IMG/VR virus record: IMGVR_UViG_3300020045_001266
Coordinates: 1 to 43,397 of that record
Source: a virus
Lineage: Duplodnaviria > Caudoviricetes
DNA: 43,397 nt
Reading direction: 5' to 3' (one strand)
How positions within the stretch are numbered: position 1 is the stretch's first letter; each line of letters opens with the position of its first letter. The notes beneath the pieces were generated by a model, which worked only from the letters and a program-made list of their open reading frames with translations, did not search any database and had not been told where the DNA came from. The translations under genes and the position numbers were made by a program. This document shows, piece by piece, positions 36,175-43,397 of the stretch.

Positions 36175-36370
36175 CCCGATGATCGAGCCTGATTTTCTCG
36201 CCAAAGCCTGCGCCCGTGAAAGCGCAGGCGAAGAGGCAGCGATGTATGCCGAGATTTACGCGGAAGTCGCAGCCGAGCGCGAAGCCCAGGACTTGCCGCC
36301 AGCGCCGATCATGGTGGCGGCAGAAGCTGGGCGCCGGCTGCGGATGGAGTTGAGCAAGCGCAAGAAATAG
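36167..36370 (+). CDS. Hypothetical protein
   Basis: Likely start ATG 36167 after AGGAG. Confidence 0.55.
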   Translation: MHDPMIEPDFLAKACARESAGEEAAMYAEIYAEVAAEREAQDLPPAPIMVAAEAGRRLRMELSKRKK

Positions 36371-36452
36371 TTTGCGCTCGGTCAAGAAAGTGTGGGATGA
36401 TTCGTTTGTCGAAGCCGGCCAGCTGAGACGAAAAATGTTTTGACTATGTTGT

Positions 36453-36561
36453 AGCCCCAAGTTTTTTTGGTGGATCGCAAAATGAGGTGTGGACGTTACA
36501 TAGTCCGTTCATGCCCCAGGTTGGCCGACCCGATCCACCAAAGCATCTTGGGGCTTTTTTT
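36453..36561 (+). ncRNA. C4-like antisense RNA
   Basis: Stems AGCCCCAAG/CTTGGGGCT and TTTGGTGGATCG/CGATCCACCAAA enclose two hairpins and end in a T7 run. Complementary sites lie upstream and downstream. Confidence 0.65.
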
Positions 36562-36587
36562 CGTTCTTTTTTCTGGCCAGGCCCAAC

Positions 36588-36880
36588 TGGATTCCGCAAG
36601 ACGCCGATCGGCACCGTAACGGAATTGAGAGCGCAACGGGTGATTTGTTGAAAGCGCAAGTGAAAAGAGTCGGCCGCAAGGCTGTCCGAGAACCACCAGC
36701 AAGGCGCTTCAAGGCGCGTAATCTCGGAGGCCCTGGACTTGAATATTGGGGCGCCAGTGAAAACGATAGATAACTTCCTATACGGTTTCGCAGGTACTTG
36801 ACTGAGGTTCCTTGTTCATAGGGCCTTAGGCGAGTATTTGCCAGCTTTACTCCAGATTCATCCTTACGGTATCACCTAAA
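36588..36880 (+). ncRNA. Candidate large structured RNA in the recombination-operon leader
   Basis: Multiple nested helices and GNRA-type loops; no credible ORF. Confidence 0.5.
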
Positions 36881-36904
36881 CAACTATATACAGAGGAAAA
36901 GAAA

Positions 36905-37696
36905 ATGAGCAATATCGTACCGTTTCAAGAACTGGAGGGCATGGCCAGCTACATCGTGCGCTCCAAGCTGTTCGGCGCCAAGGATGAATCGCAAGCCATG
37001 GCCTTGATGATGCTGGCCCAGGCAGAAGGCATGCATCCCATGTCGGCTATCCAGGACTTCGATATCGTCCAGGGCCGTCCAGCGCGCAAGACGCATTCGA
37101 TCCTGGCCCGCTTCCAGGCTGCTGGTGGCTCTGTCGCATGGGAAGTCATCAGCGCCACCAAGGCGGTGGGCACGTTCACCCACAAGCAGGGCGGCACGCT
37201 GCGCGTTGAATGGACATTCGAGCAGGCGAAGAAGGCCGGTCTGACCAATAAGGATAACTGGAAAAATTACCCGCAAGCCATGCTGCGCGCGCGAGTCATC
37301 GCGGAAGGCGTGCGCGCCGTCTACCCTGGCGCCATCGGCGGCATGCTGACTGTCGAGGAAGCGCAGGACTTGGCGCCGGCGCAAGCCACGCGCGACATGG
37401 GCAATGCCGACGTGGTGATGAGCAAGGACTGGGTTGCTGCGGCTAATATGTGCCAGAGCACCGATGAATTGACCAAGTGCTGGGAATCCGGCATCAAGGA
37501 AATCCAGGCCGCCAACGACATGAGCATGTACACCGAGTTCAAATCTACCGTGGCGGCGCGCGGCGCTGAACTTAAAAAGCCGGCTATCTCCGACGACGCG
37601 CGCACCATCGACATGCCGGCCGCCACGCCAGCGCCAGAAGCCACGCCGCCGACGGATGAAGAGCTCGACCTGCAACGCACCGGGGGCCAGCCATGA
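36905..37696 (+). CDS. RecT/Red-beta-like single-strand annealing protein
   Basis: IVQGRPA, WTFEQAKKAGL and NWKNYPQAMLRAR...RAVYP..GGMLTVEE motifs; paired with the exonuclease. Confidence 0.8.
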   Translation: MSNIVPFQELEGMASYIVRSKLFGAKDESQAMALMMLAQAEGMHPMSAIQDFDIVQGRPARKTHSILARFQAAGGSVAWEVISATKAVGTFTHKQGGTLRVEWTFEQAKKAGLTNKDNWKNYPQAMLRARVIAEGVRAVYPGAIGGMLTVEEAQDLAPAQATRDMGNADVVMSKDWVAAANMCQSTDELTKCWESGIKEIQAANDMSMYTEFKSTVAARGAELKKPAISDDARTIDMPAATPAPEATPPTDEELDLQRTGGQP

Positions 37697-38808
37697 GATT
37701 CGTAGAAGCCCGGCAGGGCACTGCTGAATGGTTTCAAGCGCGCGTCGGCAAGATCACGGCGTCGTGCTTTGCTGATGCAATCTCGCGCGTCGGCGCACTG
37801 GACGAGCGCCAGGCCAAGTATGTAACGCTGGTGCGCGGCGGGATGACGCCGGCCGATGCTGTCAAGGCAGCCGGGTACAAGGCGGCGCCGACGGCTGAAA
37901 GCATGGTGCGCGCGCTACTGGGCGAAGACCCCAGCGACCACTCGGACACGGCCAAGCGCTACGCGGCTGACCTGGCCATCGAGCGCATCAGCAATCAGCC
38001 TCACGGCGAACCGCCAAAGGCCTGGGTACTGGAGCGTGGTCACGAAATGGAAGCGCGCGCCCGCATGTTGTACGAAGCGCGCACCGGCGCCTTCATTACA
38101 GAGTCCGGCATCTGCATCAGCGATGACAATCTTTTCGGTTACAGCAGCGACGGTCTAGCGGACGATGACGGTCTGATCGAAATCAAGGCGCCCATCGACA
38201 GCATCAAGATCATGGACATGTGGCGCACCGGCGACACCAGCGAATACGATCACCAAATCCAGGGCGGCCTGTGGCTGACCGGCCGCAAGTGGCTGGACTT
38301 CATCATGTTCGTGCCGGACCTGGCCGCCTGCGGCAAAGACCTGTACGTGAAGCGCATCTATCGTGATGAGGCATTCATCGACAAGATGGTCGCGCAGCTG
38401 GCCGACTTTGACCGCTTGGTCGAAACCTACACTTTCATCCTGCGCGCCGATACCGTCGCCATCACCATCACAGAGGAAACTATGAACACTGAAAACTCCG
38501 CGCCCGGCAAGAATGACATGCTTGCATCTGCCCCTTTCGACGTCAGCGTCGACACCCCCGCGCCAGCCGTGCTGGAGAAGTTCGATATCCAGGTGCGCGA
38601 GACAGCGCCGGCCGGGCCTCCATCGCTGCGCCTTGGCCAGATCACGGAACGCCTGGGCTTCACCATCACGGCTGACTTCATGCTGACGCTGGGCTTCGCG
38701 CCCGCCGCCACTGACAAGGCTGCCAAGCTGTACCATGAGTCCGACTTCAAAGCGATCTGCGCGGCCATCCTGCGCCACGTGTCGGCAGTCAGCGCGGCCT
38801 ACCAATGA
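37693..38808 (+). CDS. YqaJ / lambda-exonuclease family 5'-3' exonuclease
   Basis: QGTAEWFQARVGKITAS, ERGHEME, SSDGL, IEIKAP and YDHQIQGGLW motifs. Confidence 0.9.
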   Translation: MRFVEARQGTAEWFQARVGKITASCFADAISRVGALDERQAKYVTLVRGGMTPADAVKAAGYKAAPTAESMVRALLGEDPSDHSDTAKRYAADLAIERISNQPHGEPPKAWVLERGHEMEARARMLYEARTGAFITESGICISDDNLFGYSSDGLADDDGLIEIKAPIDSIKIMDMWRTGDTSEYDHQIQGGLWLTGRKWLDFIMFVPDLAACGKDLYVKRIYRDEAFIDKMVAQLADFDRLVETYTFILRADTVAITITEETMNTENSAPGKNDMLASAPFDVSVDTPAPAVLEKFDIQVRETAPAGPPSLRLGQITERLGFTITADFMLTLGFAPAATDKAAKLYHESDFKAICAAILRHVSAVSAAYQ

Positions 38809-39329
38809 ACAGGGCTCAGGCTGCTGCTATCGCGCGCGCTGCGCATGCCGCGAAAATATTGCCTATGCCAGAACGGTTCTGGTCAAAGGTTGATATGCGC
38901 GGGCCAGATGAGTGCTGGCCCTGGAAAGCCTGCATCAGGAATAAGGAGGAAGGCTATGGCGCCTTTATGTTGGGTGGAAAATTGCGGCCAGCACATCAGA
39001 TTGCTTGGGAATTGATGAATGGGGCGATGCCATCCGGCATGAATGCATGCCACAGATGCGACAACCCTGTTTGCTGCAACCCATCCCATATTTTCCCTGG
39101 ATCACATGCCATGAATATGGCTGACAAAACAGCGAAAGGTCGTCAGGTTAAAGGAGCCTCAGTACATACGGCTAAAATTACAGAGCAAGATGTTGCTGCC
39201 ATCAGGGCATTGAAAACTTTTACCAATCGAGCGCCAGTAGGATTACGTGCCTCGATAGCTGCTCAGTACGGGATAACCAAGTGTTCCGTCACAGAAATAT
39301 GGGCATTCAGGACTTGGAAGAGCATCTAA
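38805..39329 (+). CDS. HNH homing endonuclease
   Basis: RFWSKV..CWPW..GYG..AHQIAW..CHRCDNPVCCNPSH..N..D with a C-terminal HTH; lower GC. Confidence 0.85.
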   Translation: MNRAQAAAIARAAHAAKILPMPERFWSKVDMRGPDECWPWKACIRNKEEGYGAFMLGGKLRPAHQIAWELMNGAMPSGMNACHRCDNPVCCNPSHIFPGSHAMNMADKTAKGRQVKGASVHTAKITEQDVAAIRALKTFTNRAPVGLRASIAAQYGITKCSVTEIWAFRTWKSI

Positions 39330-39358
39330 AATTTATCCACTCACAAAGAAAGAAACTC

Positions 39359-39991
39359 ATGTCATTCGATCTCACTAAAGAAAAACTCCAGCTGGCAAAT
39401 GTCAACGTCCGTCTGGAAAAACATGGCGATGAAAACGTCAACGCCTACGACTTGAAATTCACCGGCAACTATCCAAACGCGATTCTGTTGAAACTGAACC
39501 CAGCACTGCGCGATGTGTTCTACACGACCGCGCAGCAGGGCGATCTGGACGAAGATTTCTTCCCGCAACTGCGTTTCCCGGCGCTGGGCGCGCAAAGCTG
39601 GGACTTGGAAATTCAGCGTACTGTCTTGCGCCTGCATGACATTGACGATGATGCGCATGACCTGGTTATCAGCGATGGCAAGACGAACAAATTCCAATTC
39701 GAAATGCTGGAAGGCGGAACCGTGAAACTCTCCTTCCGCGTGCAGTTCAGCAAACTGGATGAAGACGACGTGGCTAAGTTGCTGCGCGCCAATGGACAGG
39801 CCGTGCCCGTCAGCCTGCACCAGGCGGCCGTGGAAGACAAACCGGACAACTTCGAGCAGGCCGACTTGCTGACGCAGGAACCGCACAGCGCCGCGCGCGC
39901 CGAAGCCGAAAGCCTGTTCAATCCGCCGCCAGTAATCACGCCTGAATCGGTCGTCATGTCCGGCGCCGATGGTCAAGACGGAGCGGAATAG
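39359..39991 (+). CDS. Hypothetical protein
   Basis: Likely start MSFDLTKEK at 39359; 210 aa. Confidence 0.7.
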   Translation: MSFDLTKEKLQLANVNVRLEKHGDENVNAYDLKFTGNYPNAILLKLNPALRDVFYTTAQQGDLDEDFFPQLRFPALGAQSWDLEIQRTVLRLHDIDDDAHDLVISDGKTNKFQFEMLEGGTVKLSFRVQFSKLDEDDVAKLLRANGQAVPVSLHQAAVEDKPDNFEQADLLTQEPHSAARAEAESLFNPPPVITPESVVMSGADGQDGAE

Positions 39992-39993
39992 TC

Positions 39994-40197
39994 ATGAGCC
40001 TCTGCAAGAATTTTCAAGACCCAGCAGAGGCGTGCGCATGCAAGGCCGGCGTCAACTATCAGGCGCTGGCCGGTGGCGGGCGCCACTACCAGATCATGCG
40101 CCTGCCGTGCGTGCCCATCAGCAATCGCCGCGGCGAAACGGCCAGCCCATGCGCGCAGTACCAGCCAGAACCGGAGGAAGCATGTTCCGAGAACTGA
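39994..40197 (+). CDS. Small Cys-rich hypothetical protein
   Basis: 67 aa, directly downstream of the previous gene. Confidence 0.55.
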   Translation: MSLCKNFQDPAEACACKAGVNYQALAGGGRHYQIMRLPCVPISNRRGETASPCAQYQPEPEEACSEN

Positions 40198-40292
40198 TGG
40201 CCCAGCGGGAGCGTGACGCACGCCGAGCGCGACGGGTTGCTGGCTTTGCCCTGGGCCTGCTTACCCTGGCTATCATCGCAAGCACTTTTTAA
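40182..40292 (+). CDS. Small membrane peptide (36 aa)
   Basis: RBS GGAGG; MFRELMAQRERDARRARRVAGFALGLLTLAIIASTF. Confidence 0.5.
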   Translation: MFRELMAQRERDARRARRVAGFALGLLTLAIIASTF

Positions 40293-40347
40293 CCGGCCCA
40301 CCGGGCGCCGATCTGCCCGAATAGCGCGAGAGCGCAGAAGGAATAAA

Positions 40348-40557
40348 ATGACCAAGAAAAAGGCAGTACCAGCACAGCCAACAAACCACATTGAAGCATG
40401 CACTTTTATCGGTGTGCACTGGGATGCCACAGCCGTACAAGCGATTCAAACTATTGCTGATGGCTTTCTGCAAAATGCGAAAGGGCTTACAGCCCTGGCG
40501 GAAATTCTCAAGTCCCAAAACGTCAACATCGAAGCCATGATTAAACTTGGCGCATAA
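40348..40557 (+). CDS. Hypothetical protein
   Basis: Likely start MTKKKAV at 40348 after AAGGA. Confidence 0.6.
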   Translation: MTKKKAVPAQPTNHIEACTFIGVHWDATAVQAIQTIADGFLQNAKGLTALAEILKSQNVNIEAMIKLGA

Positions 40558-40559
40558 AG

Positions 40560-40590
40560 AAAAAGCCCGGCTTCGAACCGGGCTTTTTTT
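40560..40590. terminator. Bidirectional terminator between the convergent early and late arms
   Basis: AAAAAGCCCGG-CTTCGAA-CCGGGCTTTTTTT. Confidence 0.85.
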
Positions 40591-40999
40591 ATTCCACCTT
40601 CTTGACCTTCTCCACCGTTCGAAGCGCCCCCAGGCCCAGCATGCCCAGCAGGATCGTGCTCATTTCCGTGAAGTCCATCACTGGCAGCACGACGGGATAA
40701 CCGGCAGCAGTCAGCAGCATGGCCACCAGCGGCCCCAGGACGAACTTGAAGGCGAAGGCGAAGCCGCATATCCAGCCGACGAACGGGCGCCAGCCAGCGA
40801 CGAACAGGCTTGGGCTGGATGCCTCAACCTGATTGACGGCAATCTGTCCAAGCGCCATCTTGGTATCGGCATCGAGTTGCGCTAGTTCGCCGGTTTGCGC
40901 CATCTGCATAATCTGCAACTTGGCATTCGCGGCGGCGGCCGGATCGGGGAAAAGCTTGTCCATCAGGTTGCCAAGGATCGGCAGCAGGGCGGGCCACAT
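40589..40999 (-). CDS. Holin (3TM / GTA-type family)
   Basis: DKLFPDP...NQVEASSPSLFVAGWRPFVGWICG...LLGMLGLGALRTVEK. Confidence 0.8.
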   Translation of the reverse strand: MWPALLPILGNLMDKLFPDPAAAANAKLQIMQMAQTGELAQLDADTKMALGQIAVNQVEASSPSLFVAGWRPFVGWICGFAFAFKFVLGPLVAMLLTAAGYPVVLPVMDFTEMSTILLGMLGLGALRTVEKVKKVE

Positions 41000-41499
41000 T
41001 ACAGCACCCCCACAGTTTCGCTGGCCAGCCGCCAGTTCTCGGCCCAGGTTTCAGGATGCGGCTTGCCTGGGCGCCAGGCATCGACGTACTGCGCCCAGCC
41101 CTGATCTGCTGTCTTCGGCAGGGAACCCGGAAGCGTATAGACCAGCAGGCGCGCGCCAGCGGCCGCGACGATATCCTGATAGCGGATTGCCTCCCACAAA
41201 CCGCCTGGAGTGGGGAAGACGTTGTACGCATCGCAGATCGTTTTCATGGCAAAGGACGTCGAGGGATGCGTTAGCGTGCCGGTGCAAATGCCGCCGCCTT
41301 TCTCGCCTTGCCAAAAAGACGTAGCCGGGCCGTTCTCTGCGCCGCCGGCTACCACCTGGCGCCGGTTGCGCAGCTTGCTTTCTTGCAGCGCGATGGCCAG
41401 CACGAAGCGCGCGGCCAGAGGACTGGACTTGATGCCCAGCGCTTCCAGTTCGGCCAGCGCTGGGAGGATGGCAGTTTGCAGCAGGGTGGTAGGCTTCAT
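40999..41499 (-). CDS. Putative endolysin (lysozyme-like fold)
   Basis: LAIALQES catalytic-Glu-type motif, GPATSFWQ and WRPGKPHPETW; flanked by membrane proteins. Confidence 0.7.
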   Translation of the reverse strand: MKPTTLLQTAILPALAELEALGIKSSPLAARFVLAIALQESKLRNRRQVVAGGAENGPATSFWQGEKGGGICTGTLTHPSTSFAMKTICDAYNVFPTPGGLWEAIRYQDIVAAAGARLLVYTLPGSLPKTADQGWAQYVDAWRPGKPHPETWAENWRLASETVGVL

Positions 41500-41501
41500 T
41501 T

Positions 41502-41756
41502 TTATTCGTCCTTTGGCTCAGGAAGATTGCGCACGATGGCCTTCCACAAGCGGTAAGTTTTCAGGATTTGATAGGTCAGCACCACGGCGCCGGTCAGCAC
41601 CGCAATGCCCAAGGATGCAAAGGCCATGCCCTCCTTCATCAAGTCGTAAAACGATGTGAATCCAGTGGTGCCAACCGCGGCAGAAACAAGCAATGCCGTC
41701 TTCGGATTACTGGCCGCCGTTTCGATTGCGCTGCTTATTTTTTCGTAGACGTTCAT
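41502..41756 (-). CDS. Holin/antiholin-like small membrane protein
   Basis: 84 aa with two hydrophobic segments and a basic C-terminus, directly before the endolysin. Confidence 0.55.
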   Translation of the reverse strand: MNVYEKISSAIETAASNPKTALLVSAAVGTTGFTSFYDLMKEGMAFASLGIAVLTGAVVLTYQILKTYRLWKAIVRNLPEPKDE

Positions 41757-42172
41757 GCAGAACCTTTTCCAGAATGATGTTGAGGCCGGCGAACAGAAGA
41801 GCCACGAAATAGATTGCGCAGAGTATCGAAATCATGGCGGTCCAAAATGAGAAGCCTGACGAACTGGATAAAAATGAGGCTGGTCATGGCCATGTTGTAA
41901 GGAGCCGCCGGCCAGTAATACCGATATGCGAAATAGCCGAAGCCGTTCACCAAGATGCACAGCAAGCAGAGGATTTGCATATCGAAAGAAAGGCGCCCTT
42001 TGAAAAACCTTGCCGAACATGCCAGCAGGAATAAATCGCAGAGCGCCGCACTGCCGTGATACGCGAACATCCATGCCCGCGTGTTTGGCCATGGCGCGGC
42101 CACCTCGTCATGCGCCTGGCCTACAACGTAGAACAGCAGGAGCACCAGCAGGCGGCAGCGCCAAGTGTTCAT
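41753..42172 (-). CDS. Four-TM membrane protein
   Basis: 139 aa with four hydrophobic segments, ATGA-coupled at both ends. Confidence 0.65.
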   Translation of the reverse strand: MNTWRCRLLVLLLFYVVGQAHDEVAAPWPNTRAWMFAYHGSAALCDLFLLACSARFFKGRLSFDMQILCLLCILVNGFGYFAYRYYWPAAPYNMAMTSLIFIQFVRLLILDRHDFDTLRNLFRGSSVRRPQHHSGKGSA

Positions 42173-42258
42173 TTCTTGGGCTTCTTCGGCGGCGTCGACT
42201 TGGGCTGTTGCGTCGGCTGTTCTTTGCCATTGCCGCCTACTTCATAGATCGATTTCAT
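42169..42258 (-). CDS. 29-aa peptide
   Basis: Not in the ORF track. RBS AAAGGAAG; MKSIYEVGGNGKEQPTQQPKSTPPKKPKK; its stop overlaps the 4-TM gene start. Confidence 0.6.
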   Translation of the reverse strand: MKSIYEVGGNGKEQPTQQPKSTPPKKPKK

Positions 42259-42290
42259 GGTGCTTCCTTTCAGGTTAAAAACAAATTTTA

Positions 42291-43397
42291 CTATGGCGTG
42301 ATAGCGCCAAAAGTTTTCCATGTTCCTGGCGTTCCTGCGGTAGCGCAAATTGACCCCTCAAACCCTCCGGGCGAAAATGTATTTAGGTGAATTCTTGTCC
42401 CAACGTTCCAATACTGAGTTGTTGGAACGGCTCCTGGCCAATGCGAGAAATTACCGTCAAAATTGTCCCTTACGCACAACACGCTAATTTTTGCGCCGCT
42501 CTCTGTCCTAACCATAACGCCAGCGCCAAGAATATTTCCCTCAAAATTAAAGATTGGAGCTATGCCAGCATTAGTTCCAGTATTGATAAATGAGAAATCC
42601 TGAGGAAACCCGACAACGCTGTTGTGTTTCACTTCATAGAAGTTGACAGAGTTCGGGTCGCCACAGGACGAACTTACCCCGGACGAACCAGCAGGCTGGG
42701 CTATTTGAGAAATAACGGAATTACCTACTATCCTAACTCGGCCGCTGGCAGTAACACCACCAACAGAAATCGCATTTATTGAAGCTGGCGCGGCAACATC
42801 AAACAGAAGACTATTATTCTCAATTCGAATATATCGCATGTTATTGGAGTTGAGATTAATAACAGTGTTTGTCAGAGTATTGTCTGACACATCGATAGAT
42901 TCAATCGAACCATTACCACAATCAATTGATGAAACAAATCCATCAGTCCTACATGTGTTGTCGATAAACTGGACTGATTTATCAAGATTACTTTGCGTTG
43001 AATTATAGTTTCTGTAATGCGGGTGGACAGAGTATTGTTGAGAGACGTTCCCATTTATAAGAATATTTCTGCTATAGAAGAATGTAGCGTAGTTACCATT
43101 TGTGCAGTCGGCAACATAATTTCCAGTAGCAACACATCCGATAGAACCCTCGAAATCAATACCAACGTCATACATTGACCTTACATCACAACCTGAAATT
43201 TTAATGCCGGAACCCATCGAACCCCAAACGCCAGCCTGACCATTAATAGCAATAATTCCAATAACAGAACCATTACCATTTTTGCGCTCATTTGTGATAG
43301 CGCCTTGCCCAGTAGTAGGATTGGCATCGCCACCCCAAAACTGGACGCCAAATTGAATATCTTTTGCATATCCACCAATAACTTTCCAGTCAAAGCA
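42291..43397 (-). CDS. Tailspike, 3' part (beta-helix and C-terminal domain)
   Basis: Asn/Gly/Ser-rich parallel beta-helix repeats, low GC, ending CATAGTPGTWKTFGAITP. In frame with 1..1285 through the terminal repeat. Confidence 0.85.
   Translation of the reverse strand, partial: CFDWKVIGGYAKDIQFGVQFWGGDANPTTGQGAITNERKNGNGSVIGIIAINGQAGVWGSMGSGIKISGCDVRSMYDVGIDFEGSIGCVATGNYVADCTNGNYATFFYSRNILINGNVSQQYSVHPHYRNYNSTQSNLDKSVQFIDNTCRTDGFVSSIDCGNGSIESIDVSDNTLTNTVINLNSNNMRYIRIENNSLLFDVAAPASINAISVGGVTASGRVRIVGNSVISQIAQPAGSSGVSSSCGDPNSVNFYEVKHNSVVGFPQDFSFINTGTNAGIAPIFNFEGNILGAGVMVRTESGAKISVLCVRDNFDGNFSHWPGAVPTTQYWNVGTRIHLNTFSPGGFEGSICATAGTPGTWKTFGAITP
43277..43397. repeat. Terminal direct repeat, right copy
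   Basis: Identical to 1-121. Confidence 0.95.

Noticed and set aside
36444-36712. Short minus-strand ORFs in the 36.4-36.9 kb gap
   Set aside because: They oppose the local transcription direction and lack RBSs; RNA structure explains the region better.
1-43397. Diversity-generating retroelement or retron, expected from the BPP-1-like layout
   Set aside because: No reverse-transcriptase-like ORF and no ~100-bp repeat pair differing at adenines was seen.
1-43397. CRISPR array
   Set aside because: No regularly spaced repeats; the 12-bp repeats are dispersed promoter boxes.

Overview
The window is an apparently complete, circularly assembled ~43.3 kb tailed-phage genome: bases 1-121 recur exactly at 43277-43397, giving a unit length of 43,276 bp. 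Gene content and order match BPP-1/epsilon15-like podoviruses. Minus strand: replication/nin-like module (Cro-like HTH, NinB, DUF1364-like, RuvC-like, HNH, initiator, DnaB), terminase, portal, scaffold, capsid, cement, tail adaptor and nozzle, three ejection proteins, a beta-helix tailspike crossing the origin, and the lysis genes. Plus strand, from a divergent promoter at ~34.2 kb: small early genes, a RecT-like annealase, a YqaJ exonuclease and an HNH. I see no integrase, CI repressor, partition genes, reverse transcriptase (DGR) or CRISPR. The most unusual signals are: (1) a non-coding RNA layer, with two C4-like antisense RNAs, a ~290-nt multi-helix RNA before the recombination genes, and a cluster of two aberrant tRNA-like RNAs plus an anti-Shine-Dalgarno sRNA; (2) an exact AGTTCACGTACC-N15-TAnnnT late-promoter motif in three copies; (3) a GNAT cassette inserted between 8-bp direct repeats in the giant ejection protein; (4) a GNAT/2OG-Fe(II) hydroxylase fusion; (5) an SGNH esterase among the head genes; (6) a 29-aa peptide coupled to a 4-TM protein ahead of the lysis genes. 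All product calls come from motif recognition and gene order, not database searches. A betaproteobacterial host (possibly Oxalobacteraceae) is an inference.
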